From a virus: a DNA stretch of 64,000 nucleotides. The notes below the pieces were generated by a model. The model was not told the origin of the DNA, searched no databases, and saw only the letters and a list, made by a program, of their open reading frames with translations. Shown here one piece after another: positions 48,842 through 58,894 of this stretch (position 1 is the first letter of the stretch; every line of letters begins with the position of its first letter). The stretch is from positions 1 through 64,000 of IMG/VR virus record IMGVR_UViG_3300022198_002714, one strand, 5' to 3'. The position numbers were made by a program, and so were the translations under genes.

Positions 48842-50329
48842 TCAGGGGGTAAGCCATCCATCAAAGCCTCCTTTTTCTTCCTGATTACCACCACTAAGCC
48901 AATCGGCAAATCCGGGCATGTAGTCGTCAAGCATAACAAGCGAGCCACGGAACTCCTTGGTACCCCAATTCGCCAAAGCAAGGGCCATTGCCAAGTCGTC
49001 GTGCGTACCCACGCTTTCCAACTTCCCGTTTTTCTGCATGCCGAAACGGTTGAGTTCTTGCTCCAACTTGTGCGTGAACTCACGGCTCCGCTCATCCCCA
49101 TAGGGTGTGCGAATCTGACCTTGCTCAAACGCCATGAGCAAGGACATGAACATGGATTCCTTACGCTGACGGGTGGTCATGAACGTCTTGATGGGAATGT
49201 CGTTGCGCATGTCTTGCAGTTCAGCAGCAAACATGCGTTGGAAGTTGTTTCCTTCAAGTTCAATCAAATCAGGTTGGAAGCGGTTGTTCATCATCAGGAT
49301 TTGCCGTTTCTGCGCAGCACCGCTCATTCCACGTTCGTGATGCGCACCAATGATTTGTTTGGTACCGTCATCGGGTAACGTACGTAACACAAGCATAGCG
49401 GTAAAGTCAGCGTTCTTGTCCGAGGCAATAGCCGTGTCCCATCCGATGAAATGCTGACCAAAGATGCCTGTTGATTCACCTTCTTCGTCGTATTCCATTT
49501 CAGCGCGGTCAAGCAACACAAGTTCCTTGTCCCTTGCTTTTTCAAGAATGTCGTTGGGAAACATACTCGCAACGTCGTGAATCGGCTCGCACAGGTATTC
49601 ACGGGAGAATTGAATAGCAGGCATGGAAAGTCGCCGTTGGTCAAGCGATTCCAAATCCCATCGCTCAGGCCACAGGGCTTTTCCTTCGTTGTTGATGGCA
49701 GGGTAGGTTTCAACGGTGAATGCCTCACGTTGCTCAAGTTCTGCGTACAGGTCGTTGTACGAAAAAGGTGTACCAACAATCATCATGCGACCGGAGTGGT
49801 GCAGCACAGGAAGCAGCACACCATAGAACCAATCAGCAGCACGTTGCAATTCAGTACCGGTCGTACCCCACAGAATGTCGTCGCACACAACCACGTTCGG
49901 GTGGAAACCACGGGTACCACCACCCACGGACTTTGCCATCATACGGCTTCCGTTTGCAAAGTCAAAGTAGGTTTTTCGCCACGGTCGCCCTTCGGGAATA
50001 AGGTGTTTCAGACACGGGGTGGTTTCGATGTTGTTGCGAATGAACCGCATGTGTTCAAGCGTCTGCTCAAGTGAGTGGCTGAAAATCATGATGTGAGTGT
50101 TGGGTTGAAACGCCGCAATCCACAGGGCATAGGACATGAAAAACACGGACTTGCCGTGGTCACGGCTTGCTTTGACACAGTAGTAGCGGTTGTCACTCAA
50201 CCCTTTGTCCCAACATTCGTGATGGAACGAATAGTCATAGCCAAGAATCTCGGTGAAGAAGTACCTGAAGGACTTGGCCGACATTTCACGGTCCATCTCA
50301 AGGATGAACTGATTCATGTCTTCCTTCAT
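48842..50329 (-). CDS. terL: Terminase large subunit
   Basis: Walker A SRDHGKS, Walker B VVVCDD, IVGTP, LWPERW, RNase H IGWDTA..DFTA and HDDLAMAL. Confidence 0.95.
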   Translation of the reverse strand: MKEDMNQFILEMDREMSAKSFRYFFTEILGYDYSFHHECWDKGLSDNRYYCVKASRDHGKSVFFMSYALWIAAFQPNTHIMIFSHSLEQTLEHMRFIRNNIETTPCLKHLIPEGRPWRKTYFDFANGSRMMAKSVGGGTRGFHPNVVVCDDILWGTTGTELQRAADWFYGVLLPVLHHSGRMMIVGTPFSYNDLYAELEQREAFTVETYPAINNEGKALWPERWDLESLDQRRLSMPAIQFSREYLCEPIHDVASMFPNDILEKARDKELVLLDRAEMEYDEEGESTGIFGQHFIGWDTAIASDKNADFTAMLVLRTLPDDGTKQIIGAHHERGMSGAAQKRQILMMNNRFQPDLIELEGNNFQRMFAAELQDMRNDIPIKTFMTTRQRKESMFMSLLMAFEQGQIRTPYGDERSREFTHKLEQELNRFGMQKNGKLESVGTHDDLAMALALANWGTKEFRGSLVMLDDYMPGFADWLSGGNQEEKGGFDGWLTP

Positions 50330-51078
50330 CGGCTCAACCTCTTGAGCAAGTAGTCCATCGCATGTTCAAACGGCTCAGCAGAACGATTGAATCGTTGGTC
50401 GTACAGGTTGGTTTGTCCTTGGAGTAATCGCGCTGCTTCAGCGGGGTCAACAGGTGTTCCCTGCTGCTGAGCAGGCTGAGCAGGCTGAGCAGCAGCAGGC
50501 TGAGCAGGAGGTTGTCCCGGCATCGTCGGCAAAACCCCCGCTGCATGTGCAGGGTCAACAGGTGAAGCGGTAGGTGCAGCGGTAGGTGTAGCGGTAGGTG
50601 TAGCGGTTTGAGATGGACCCATACCCGGTAGCATCATTTGGTCCGGTCGGAGTGGGGAACCATCAGGAGCAGTCGCACCCGGTGCAACAGGCTCCATGTG
50701 TGGGGGTTGCTGCTGAGTAGGTGAAGATTGAGTTTGAGGTTGAGTTTGAGGTTGAGTTTCCTTTTGCCTTTCAATGAACTGCCACGGTTGGTTTGCAAGG
50801 TACTGTGCGTACGCACCCATAGGAGCAGCGAGGTTGCCCCCTTGCATTTGGTCTGCAATTTGTTGCGTGGTAGCCGCAGCAGAAAGACCGCGACCTGCCA
50901 AATCAGCAATAGCACCAAGTCTTTGCCATCCTTGCCCTTTCTGACCTGTTTTTCGTCCAAAGGCCACGCCCGCAAGTTCACGAATTGATGGGCCTTTACC
51001 ACCAACCACCAACTGCAAACCGCCACTTGGTATCTGCTGCAACGCAGTTTCAGATTTACGAACGAGTACGGGCTTCAT
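50326..51078 (-). CDS. Q/P-rich protein with C-terminal tag
   Basis: QPQT, TATP and QPA repeats; C-terminal QTNLYDQRFNRSAEPFEHAMDYLLKR. Confidence 0.65.
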   Translation of the reverse strand: MKPVLVRKSETALQQIPSGGLQLVVGGKGPSIRELAGVAFGRKTGQKGQGWQRLGAIADLAGRGLSAAATTQQIADQMQGGNLAAPMGAYAQYLANQPWQFIERQKETQPQTQPQTQSSPTQQQPPHMEPVAPGATAPDGSPLRPDQMMLPGMGPSQTATPTATPTAAPTASPVDPAHAAGVLPTMPGQPPAQPAAAQPAQPAQQQGTPVDPAEAARLLQGQTNLYDQRFNRSAEPFEHAMDYLLKRLSR

Positions 51079-51082
51079 GATT

Positions 51083-53227
51083 TCACCTCATACTTATTTT
51101 AATGACCTTGACGACCTCGGGTTGGACGTTGTACGACTTCGCAATTTTGTGCCAATCACCCATCGTGTGATGAATGTTGGTTACTTCCTCGGAGGTAAGC
51201 CCAACGTATGAAGCCAACTGACGGGAGGACGTGCGGGAAGAACTGAGGTGTTTCACCACGTTGTTGTCCAATTCAGCCTCGCGGTACTGCATTCGCTCAA
51301 GTGCTTTCATCACTTGGTCCATCACAGGCAGATGTATGTCTTCGCTGCGCATGAACTGCGACAACAAAGTTTGGCGTGGGTCAGACAGGCCTGCTTGGGC
51401 GCGTGCTTCAACGGGAGACAACTCAGGCGAAGCAGCAGGCCGCTGCCGACCACGACCTGCGAGGTCGAGCATTTCCCTGAACTGTGCAGGGGTATAGCGG
51501 CCAATGTCCGGTCGAATGGCTTGGAAATCAGCCGACAAGGGTTGAGGTGTCCCTGCGTCTGCGAGCGGCGGAGGTGATGAGCCGCTTGTTGGGAGAGGCA
51601 CCGTAGCCGACGGATGAGCGGACGCCGGTACGGGTGCAGACGCAGGGACTTCTTGTGGTAGGTCACCGGGGTTGTAGTCAGCAAAGTCTTCAACCCACGC
51701 ATAATCGTAATTTTCCATATGTGGCTCAAGCCTAAGTTGTGGCTCAAGCATATCACCGTGATAATTCTGAATGTGCATAGGTCGGCCAAGCGGCTTGTTT
51801 GGTACCTCACCTACGTCTTTTCGCTCATGACCGCGAGCCACCATTTGATGTTCAGCAAGCCCTTCAATTAAACGACGATTGAGATTAACTTGCTCTTGTT
51901 CATCAGGAGCAATACTTTCTAATTGAACGTCACGCAATTTGGAACTGCCGTCTTCGTTAGCGCCAAACATGTTTGCAAGAGCCATGACACGTCCTGCCTT
52001 AGCATGCATACCTGTCCCTTTACCGCTCCCTCCCGCCGTGTAGTACTCGCTATGCTCGTCATGAGAAAGGCCTGAATAATCTTCAAGCCTTCCCATTACG
52101 TTGTTGAACAATTTCATGAAATTGCCTCCTTGTTGGTTTGCTCGACCAAACAAAAACATCATTGCAGGCACCGATGAAATCTCCTTAATGACCGCTTGCT
52201 GATATTCAGGAGTGAGCAGGGCTTCTTGCAACGGTCGTTGGATTCTTTGTCCTTCAAACGTAAAGGTCACAGGAAAATTAGGTATGGCGTCAACATTGCC
52301 TCCACTTAGGGCTTGTCGAATATGGTCTGCCGTCCTTCTTTGCAAATCAATGGCTTCCCTGTTTTGGGGCATTGGTTTGAAAAACACATCAGGAAGATGA
52401 TGCAGCACTTGCCACGTAAATGCTTCTTGTTGTTCTGCGGGTCTGAACTCATCAGGAAACGGAACTTTTGACCCATCAATATACGCGGAGCCGGGGTCAC
52501 GTTGTTCGGAGCGAATGTACTTCGGGGGTGTGGTGTAGTTCGCATATACAAACGGTTTGTCATGCAACAAAAATCTGACATTATGCGCAAGCATGTCAAT
52601 TACTTCAGGTGAAAAATGCTGCTCAAGCAGTTGTCGCAATTCGACGTTGAAGGGTAAGTAGTACGATTCAATGAACTTCCCATTTGGGTTTTCAGCGGCG
52701 TTGTTGTTTGTCAGCAACGTAATCTTGGTGCCGTCTTGCGAACGAGTTGGTCGAGTTGTCTTGTCAGGATGCATTTCCACCTGTTTTGGTAGGGGTGCAG
52801 AACGCAACTTTCGCCATTGAAGGCTCTCAAACGGTGCCAAATGGTGTTTTTCGTTTGGGTGCTTTTGGTTGAACAAGTCAATTGCTTGATTGAAAAGATT
52901 GACAACATCAGGAGATGAAATAGAAGGAACATGCCCTTGCAATGCACGAAGCAAGCGGTATGCAGCCGCATCAATACCGTGTTGGAAAAATCGAGGGCCG
53001 TTTGGGTGGTCCCTTTCACGGGTGTGGTAGTAGTAAATGCCGCCATCGTCTTTGGCCCATTCTCCATCATACACGTTGCCTGCACCATCGTGGGCAAAGG
53101 CAGGTAAGTCCAAGTTTCCCATTGGCTTGAAGGCCGCAGGTGGAGGGTTTCGCATGACGAACCTACCGTTAGGTCCTGAGTGAATCAGACCCCACGCCTT
53201 CTGAATGATGAACGAATTGTACATCAT
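51083..53227 (-). CDS. 714-aa hypothetical protein (PIP-like peptide, degenerate tag, C-terminal HTH-like)
   Basis: Coupled ORF; RQTLLSQFMRSE..PVMDQVMKAL; WHKIAKSYNVQPEVV. Confidence 0.65.
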   Translation of the reverse strand: MMYNSFIIQKAWGLIHSGPNGRFVMRNPPPAAFKPMGNLDLPAFAHDGAGNVYDGEWAKDDGGIYYYHTRERDHPNGPRFFQHGIDAAAYRLLRALQGHVPSISSPDVVNLFNQAIDLFNQKHPNEKHHLAPFESLQWRKLRSAPLPKQVEMHPDKTTRPTRSQDGTKITLLTNNNAAENPNGKFIESYYLPFNVELRQLLEQHFSPEVIDMLAHNVRFLLHDKPFVYANYTTPPKYIRSEQRDPGSAYIDGSKVPFPDEFRPAEQQEAFTWQVLHHLPDVFFKPMPQNREAIDLQRRTADHIRQALSGGNVDAIPNFPVTFTFEGQRIQRPLQEALLTPEYQQAVIKEISSVPAMMFLFGRANQQGGNFMKLFNNVMGRLEDYSGLSHDEHSEYYTAGGSGKGTGMHAKAGRVMALANMFGANEDGSSKLRDVQLESIAPDEQEQVNLNRRLIEGLAEHQMVARGHERKDVGEVPNKPLGRPMHIQNYHGDMLEPQLRLEPHMENYDYAWVEDFADYNPGDLPQEVPASAPVPASAHPSATVPLPTSGSSPPPLADAGTPQPLSADFQAIRPDIGRYTPAQFREMLDLAGRGRQRPAASPELSPVEARAQAGLSDPRQTLLSQFMRSEDIHLPVMDQVMKALERMQYREAELDNNVVKHLSSSRTSSRQLASYVGLTSEEVTNIHHTMGDWHKIAKSYNVQPEVVKVIKISMR

Positions 53228-55227
53228 CCCATATGCCCCCGTTGTGAGACAAGATAGCCCGCCGGGTCAAGACCAAACTGCTTAGCGTCTGTCTCGTCGT
53301 TTTCTGTCGGTCCTTCAGGGTCCGACTCATTTTTGGGACTTACACCGGCAGGATGAGCAGGAACGTGACCGTTCTCCATTGCGCTTTGTGTACCTGCTTT
53401 TTCCAACTTATTTACTCGCTCCAATGCAGCCATGATGCGGCGCATAATGTTGAGTCGCTCAGTTGTGCGAGCGGCTCGACCCTTGAGCATCTCACTCTCG
53501 GTACGCTCTTCACTCATCATAATGGACGAGGGAGCAGATGGAGCAGATGGAGCAGATGGGATGCCGGGGACCATGGACGATTGCGGTGAAGGCATCATTG
53601 GCGGCATGGGTGGCATCGGTGGGCGTGGCATACGGGGCATACGGGGTTGATGGACTCTCAATGGACGAAGTGCGGGTTGCCTCATTTGTCCTGCTTGACC
53701 GGGCAAGAGTCCGCTGAGTCTTCCTGCTCCGGTGGGTCCGGCATAACTGCCTCGCTCGGCGTAGCGGGCGTGGGGTGAGAAAGTTGTGCGTACATTGCCG
53801 AGAATCTTGCGAGCCTCAGATTGGCCCATGTACTGACGGTACTTTTGCGGGTCTTTCGACATGGGTTGTTTCGTCGCAATGCCACGGTGACTCATCTCCA
53901 CAGATAGGTGAGGTAACATCAACCCCGTTTTCTTTCCACCCTTGATACCACGCATGCGAGCGCGGAAGCGCCGCATGGTAGCACCGCTTGGGTCCATGCC
54001 GCCGGGTGGCCGCTTAAATTGTCCTGTGGAGGGACGAAACTCGCGCCGCGCTTCACGACGGCGACGGGCTTCGATGGTACCGGGTGTTTCACGTTTCAAC
54101 AACGCAGACCAAGCATCTTCCATTGGTTCAGCACGGTTGAGGTCTTGCCATCCATAGCCAAACATAGGATTTTTGTTTTCCATGATGCGAGTGTTTGCCT
54201 CGTCAAAATACGGTTCACGCTCTTCTGCTGAAAGATTGTCAAAGTCAGGATGCATCATTATGTCAGCGAGTGCTTGGTGGCTAAGGTTCATGTGCGGTCG
54301 TTCTGCCAAACCTTCCATCATCATGCTTTGACGCAGTTTTTCTTGTTGCCGCTCATGAGCAATAGCATCGTCTTCTTTCAGCAACGTGGACCAAGCATCT
54401 TTCATTGGTTCACTTGCCAATTTTTTCCATTGAGAAGGGTGTACCGCATGCGCTCTTGTTACGTCACGGGCCATGTGGTCAGTTCTTGGCGTTGTTCTCC
54501 CTAAATCAAAATCAATTCCACCGGGCATTTCCAATTGACTGTCTTGCCATGCGTCAAACATCATCTCCCAAATTGAATTGTCAATGTCTTCTTGACTCAA
54601 TTCAGGAAAATCGCCGTACATTCGTTGCATACCTCTTTGCATGAATGGATTACCTTGAAGCCTTAGCCACTCAATTTTTTCATCATTGGACATACCTTCA
54701 ATGTAATCCCACAAAGAATTGGTGACGCCCATCAAATGCTCATCTGCTTCATCATTCCAAATCTGCTCATCAGGATGAATGTAGTCTTCGTCTTCTTTCA
54801 GCAACGTGGACCAAGCATCTTTCATTGGCTCGCTCATAAAGAGCGGTACAGGACCGGTCATTGCGCTACCGGTACCTGTCTTGGCCCCCGTAGCCATGTC
54901 AAGCATATGACCGCGACTGCCCGCAGGACCGCCCTGCAATCCGAGTTCTCGCTCTAAGTCCTGCTTGTTGCCGTCGTCCTCACCCATTGGTGACTCGGCA
55001 CCGTCAAGAGGCAACTTTGCGCTGACCTTGATGTGCTTGATTTTGCTGCGCTTTTCTTTGCGCTCTTGTTCACGCTGCTTCCGCTCTTCGCGGCGGCGTT
55101 CCATGTCTTCCGGGGACGTGGGCGAGTACTTGTCCTCGTCCTCGTTAGCCGACGAGTACATCTTGTCGGACTCGCTACGCGGCGAGTACATACGAGTGTC
55201 CGAGCCGCGTCCCATCATCGGCATCAC
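53224..55227 (-). CDS. Tagged polyprotein with three tags
   Basis: EPMKDAWSTLLKE twice and EPMEDAWSALLKR separate acidic and Arg-rich segments. Confidence 0.7.
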   Translation of the reverse strand: MMPMMGRGSDTRMYSPRSESDKMYSSANEDEDKYSPTSPEDMERRREERKQREQERKEKRSKIKHIKVSAKLPLDGAESPMGEDDGNKQDLERELGLQGGPAGSRGHMLDMATGAKTGTGSAMTGPVPLFMSEPMKDAWSTLLKEDEDYIHPDEQIWNDEADEHLMGVTNSLWDYIEGMSNDEKIEWLRLQGNPFMQRGMQRMYGDFPELSQEDIDNSIWEMMFDAWQDSQLEMPGGIDFDLGRTTPRTDHMARDVTRAHAVHPSQWKKLASEPMKDAWSTLLKEDDAIAHERQQEKLRQSMMMEGLAERPHMNLSHQALADIMMHPDFDNLSAEEREPYFDEANTRIMENKNPMFGYGWQDLNRAEPMEDAWSALLKRETPGTIEARRRREARREFRPSTGQFKRPPGGMDPSGATMRRFRARMRGIKGGKKTGLMLPHLSVEMSHRGIATKQPMSKDPQKYRQYMGQSEARKILGNVRTTFSPHARYAERGSYAGPTGAGRLSGLLPGQAGQMRQPALRPLRVHQPRMPRMPRPPMPPMPPMMPSPQSSMVPGIPSAPSAPSAPSSIMMSEERTESEMLKGRAARTTERLNIMRRIMAALERVNKLEKAGTQSAMENGHVPAHPAGVSPKNESDPEGPTENDETDAKQFGLDPAGYLVSQRGHMG
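54368..54828. repeat. 41-bp perfect direct repeat (54368-54408 and 54788-54828), in frame, encoding the tag
   Basis: TCGTCTTCTTTCAGCAACGTGGACCAAGCATCTTTCATTGG twice, 420 nt apart; a diverged third copy near 54091-54130. Confidence 0.9.
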
Positions 55228-55904
55228 TCCACCCCCATGTTCTCCATCAATTGCGCCTTAAGTCGCGCCCATACTTCAGGACTCTCCTTGCTCAATTCGA
55301 CTTGCAAGATGTTGAAGGTCTGATTGACCTGCTGCGTGTCGCTTTGCGCACCCCATTGGTCTTGGAATCGAAGCAGGTCTTTGACTGTTTCACGAACTTC
55401 TTTGTGCAGCGACACCGCATCGCGCACGAAACCGTCTTCGTGAACGCTACCTTCGTCAAGCAATTCGCTCAACTTGTGGTTGAGCCGCTCAGCGTTGCTT
55501 CGCAACAAATCAATCTCGGTCCCTGCACGCAGGGCGACTTCGATGGCAGCCGTCTTTTGCACAAGCGGCTGAAAATGATTCTTCATGTGTTGATAGACCA
55601 CGTTTTCGCTGACTTCTAATTCCTGAGCAATAAGGTCGCTATTGCCTGTGTTAAAGTACATCTCTTCGTAGGCCGCACGCTGATGAGACGTACAGACAGG
55701 ACAACCGGAGTTGGATGCGAGGTGAAACTCGCCCATGTGGTTGCGGTAGTGCCGCTCGGTGGTGTTGCTTCGCCACTCCTTGTCTTTGTCCAACTGCTTT
55801 GGTGAAATGTGACCGTCGAGTAGGCCTTGTTCAAGCCCATCCCGTTCTTCGTCCATGCAGAAAGCGCATGACCGTTTGTACACACGGTCGTCGCTCATGT
55901 GCAT
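55224..55904 (-). CDS. Probable terminase small subunit (tandem Zn-finger/HTH plus coiled coil)
   Basis: CAFC..RHYRNH and CPVC..QHMKNH repeats followed by helices; upstream of TerL. Confidence 0.55.
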   Translation of the reverse strand: MHMSDDRVYKRSCAFCMDEERDGLEQGLLDGHISPKQLDKDKEWRSNTTERHYRNHMGEFHLASNSGCPVCTSHQRAAYEEMYFNTGNSDLIAQELEVSENVVYQHMKNHFQPLVQKTAAIEVALRAGTEIDLLRSNAERLNHKLSELLDEGSVHEDGFVRDAVSLHKEVRETVKDLLRFQDQWGAQSDTQQVNQTFNILQVELSKESPEVWARLKAQLMENMGVE

Positions 55905-55935
55905 TCTTAAGTGAGTCTGCTTCAAAAGCGTTCTG

Positions 55936-56178
55936 TCATCGAATGATGCGAGCATACACACCGGTCAACGCAAGAACGCTACCAAACAAGCCAACTACGT
56001 AGTAGGACATGGAAGATGCAGGCAAATTGTTACCCTTGAATAAAATGATAGCCGTGAGGACAAGAATAGCCGAAATGAACTGAACCATAATCATGTCAAC
56101 AATGACGCTGCGCTCAGGGTTCAACACGTCAAGAGTGGTCGTGGCAATTCCACGTGGCATGTACGATTTATCCTGCAT
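55936..56178 (-). CDS. Small membrane protein (2 TM)
   Basis: Two hydrophobic segments. Confidence 0.65.
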   Translation of the reverse strand: MQDKSYMPRGIATTTLDVLNPERSVIVDMIMVQFISAILVLTAIILFKGNNLPASSMSYYVVGLFGSVLALTGVYARIIR

Positions 56179-56179
56179 A

Positions 56180-56809
56180 TCATCGTCCTCCGGTAATAAA
56201 GGAGCGGGCGGTGTTGCCGATGAAGCCGCCCGCCTTCTCCACCATGCCTTGGTCCATTGCAGCAGCCAATGCTGAGTTCATCATGGACTGACTCGCCATG
56301 TTGTTGAGTTGCATTTGCTGCCCTTCAGCGTTCTGAATGTTCTGCTGTGCAGCGGACTGCAAAGCCGTAAAGTCAGCCTTGACGTTTTCAGCACTCATGG
56401 TCTGCAAATGCTGCGGCAAGGAGGTAATCTCCATTTTGAGACTACCATCGTCGTCGGCCACAAACACCGCATTCTTGAGAATCTCCAAGACCGAGAAAGA
56501 GACGATGTTGTTGAACATCTCAACCAAAACCCCCATTTGCGGGCTTGCAATAAATCGGTCCACCGGTACAATGCCACGAAGCAGCATGATTTGCATTTCA
56601 AGTTCACTCGGTGGAGCCATTGGCTGCTGTGGTACACCGGCACCGGTAGCAAAGGCTCCCATGGCTCCCATCTGTTGAGGTTGTTGTCCCCATGCTTGTT
56701 GTTGCGGCCACGGATTCTGTTGTGCGGGAATAGGTTGACCCCAACCGGTCACTCCAAGACTCAACGAACCGCCCTGCGGTTGTGGTTGTTGACTGTTCAA
56801 TCTAAGCAT
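56180..56809 (-). CDS. Gln/Met-rich hypothetical protein
   Basis: Low-complexity Q/P/G N-terminus, helical core, amphipathic C-terminus. Confidence 0.6.
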   Translation of the reverse strand: MLRLNSQQPQPQGGSLSLGVTGWGQPIPAQQNPWPQQQAWGQQPQQMGAMGAFATGAGVPQQPMAPPSELEMQIMLLRGIVPVDRFIASPQMGVLVEMFNNIVSFSVLEILKNAVFVADDDGSLKMEITSLPQHLQTMSAENVKADFTALQSAAQQNIQNAEGQQMQLNNMASQSMMNSALAAAMDQGMVEKAGGFIGNTARSFITGGR

Positions 56810-56810
56810 G

Positions 56811-57743
56811 TCACTCAACCACCGGAAGCATCTGTTGCTCATGAGGTTTTTCACCGCTGAGCATGGATTGGAAAGCAGCGGTAGGTTGGTTTGCCATTGC
56901 TAACTCTTGTTGGAAAATCCGCAGGTCAAAGGCAATCATTGTCACGTCGTTCAAACCCGTAGCCGGGTTTTCGTAGTACATAATGGAGATACCCTTTGTC
57001 TTCTTGCTATCTTTTTCCAATTCAGCAAAAAACGGCTCGTACTTCTGCAAGAAGGATGGCGTAGGGTCCTTGACCTTAACCGCCGCTACGGGAACGGTCA
57101 CCATTGAAACACCCTTCTTCATGCGGTCACGCAAACGTCGAGGGTTGGCCTCGCTTACCTTGTCTTCTTCAGCCTCCCACTTGCAAAGCAGGTGATAGAG
57201 GTGAAGATGCTCAGGGCAATAGGTACCTCGCATCTTGCGACCGCTTGTCACTTTGTCCTTGGCGACAAAGGCTTCAGCCTGTCCGGTAACGGGGTTTTTC
57301 CAATAGTACTCCCACAGGCTTACTCCGGTTTCATCATCCATGATTTTGTTGTACAAATTGTCAACTTGAATAAGAGCGGCACAATCGCAGCCGTCAATAA
57401 CACAGACGTGGGCTTGCTTGTCGTAGCGGTACTTACGACCCAAAAGGGTACGCACAGGGTTGAGCAGGTGTCGCTTGGTAGGTGTTAGCAAACGGTACGC
57501 TTGTCGAATGTCCTTTCTGCGAGCCTTTAGGGGGTCAGGATGGCGGCTTGGATAGAAGTTGACTTTGGGGACTTGCAAATTGGCTCCGGCAGCAACTTCC
57601 TGCATAGCCGCTTGAGCCGTAGCCTGTGCCATCAACGCTTCGTGGGTTAGCATAGAGTTGCCCTGTTGCGAAAGTGCGTACACGCTCGCCACGTTGAGGT
57701 CACCAAGGTTTTGCTGCGGTGCTTGACCACGAAACGGAATCAT
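56811..57743 (-). CDS. Hypothetical protein with CxxxxC...CxxH zinc site
   Basis: CVIDGCDC..YCPEH. Confidence 0.6.
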   Translation of the reverse strand: MIPFRGQAPQQNLGDLNVASVYALSQQGNSMLTHEALMAQATAQAAMQEVAAGANLQVPKVNFYPSRHPDPLKARRKDIRQAYRLLTPTKRHLLNPVRTLLGRKYRYDKQAHVCVIDGCDCAALIQVDNLYNKIMDDETGVSLWEYYWKNPVTGQAEAFVAKDKVTSGRKMRGTYCPEHLHLYHLLCKWEAEEDKVSEANPRRLRDRMKKGVSMVTVPVAAVKVKDPTPSFLQKYEPFFAELEKDSKKTKGISIMYYENPATGLNDVTMIAFDLRIFQQELAMANQPTAAFQSMLSGEKPHEQQMLPVVE

Positions 57744-57913
57744 TCTTCTTCCACCACCCGCATGTGTGCCGAATACGTGTTTTCCTCACGAATGACGTTC
57801 CATTCAACGATGCTGCCCTTCTTCAATCGCATCAACTTAGCAATCCACAACGGAATTACAGTCCGAAGGGACTGACTTGCCGAGCCGACTGACGCTACTT
57901 TTGTTTTATCCAT
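57740..57913 (-). CDS. AbrB/SpoVT-like swapped-hairpin DNA-binding protein
   Basis: SLRTVIPLWIAKLMRLKKGSIVEW. Confidence 0.75.
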   Translation of the reverse strand: MDKTKVASVGSASQSLRTVIPLWIAKLMRLKKGSIVEWNVIREENTYSAHMRVVEEE

Positions 57914-57918
57914 GTTTC

Positions 57919-58635
57919 TCACACCGTCAACAGGTTGACCATTGTTGGTTCCACGTTCCATCCAATTCGGGTCGCCATAAACGACCTGCGGGTTGGAATA
58001 CCCGCTTTTTGCAAGCGAATAAGGTCATCTCGGAAGGGGTCGAAGATAGGATGCTCTCCAATTCGCCCTTCAGCGTACAATTTGGCCGCAGTATCGTCAA
58101 AATACCGGTCAGCCTTGTTTGCAACAAGCATAATCAGACTTGGAGCGTATGATTTACCGTTCCATCGGCTTTTGAGTGTCCGATATCGGTAATTTCGACC
58201 CGTAATTGCGTCAACAAGGAAGCGAAAGCCTGCAATTTGCTGAATGGCATCGTTTCCGCCCTTAATTGCTCGGTCATCAAACAAATAGACGACTGCACGG
58301 ACTTGCCGGGACACCATATCGTCAATCCACAGGTTCCAAAACCGTTCTTGACCACCAACGTCGGCAGAAAACACAACACGCTTCTCGCCTTCCCAACTTA
58401 CACGCTTGCGAGAAGGTTTTGGCAGCAGGTAACGCCCGAGAATCTTGACATGTTCGGTCCGTTCCTCTTCAGGAATCTCTTCCATTTCCCCCGGAGTGGT
58501 CATGTAGCGGTCAAGGGTGGTTTTGCCGGTCAGTCCTGCACCGTAAATGCCGACTTTGCGCGGCCTCCACGAATTGTACAGGCTCTTGCCCCACACCATT
58601 GCACCGACCAATGCGGTTCCCGCAGGCTCAACCAT
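57919..58635 (-). CDS. Ras-superfamily (Arf/Rab-like) small GTPase
   Basis: G1 GAGLTGKTT, G2 T (ERTEH), G3 DVGGQ, G4 NKAD, G5-like MAT; hydrophobic N-terminal helix. Confidence 0.85.
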   Translation of the reverse strand: MVEPAGTALVGAMVWGKSLYNSWRPRKVGIYGAGLTGKTTLDRYMTTPGEMEEIPEEERTEHVKILGRYLLPKPSRKRVSWEGEKRVVFSADVGGQERFWNLWIDDMVSRQVRAVVYLFDDRAIKGGNDAIQQIAGFRFLVDAITGRNYRYRTLKSRWNGKSYAPSLIMLVANKADRYFDDTAAKLYAEGRIGEHPIFDPFRDDLIRLQKAGIPTRRSFMATRIGWNVEPTMVNLLTV

Positions 58636-58894
58636 TGACCCACCCCGTTAGCCAAGAAGCCAAATCGCCCATCTTGAGCCAAAACCACTTTACGGTGCTT
58701 TCCCATACGCTGCGGTCAGTTCTTAATTCGTACAGGCTTGTCATTAAGACGGCTATGCCGCTGAACACAAGTGTACGAATCCAACCAAGTCCTTTTTCGT
58801 AGTACGTGTCAAGGGTGTTTTGTGTATGCATTGCCCTCAAGGTGGCTTCCGTGGAATCATCCACGGGCGTCTTAAAGATTCGACCCATGTTCAC
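58628..58894 (-). CDS. Small membrane protein
   Basis: TM segment plus Trp-rich amphipathic C-terminus. Confidence 0.6.
   Translation of the reverse strand: MNMGRIFKTPVDDSTEATLRAMHTQNTLDTYYEKGLGWIRTLVFSGIAVLMTSLYELRTDRSVWESTVKWFWLKMGDLASWLTGWVNG

Noticed and set aside
47490-50329. Intein or intron splitting the terminase or portal
   Set aside because: TerL and portal are each complete, and the LAGLIDADG ORF lacks intein splice-junction motifs.
50460-50760. Short tandem repeats (QPA, TATP, QPQT)
   Set aside because: Ordinary low-complexity linker coding.
33068-54828. Tag direct repeats as CRISPR, IS ends, att sites or DGR template/variable repeats
   Set aside because: They are in-frame coding repeats 300-420 nt apart. 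No transposase, integrase or reverse transcriptase is in the window, and there is no adenine-specific mismatch pattern.
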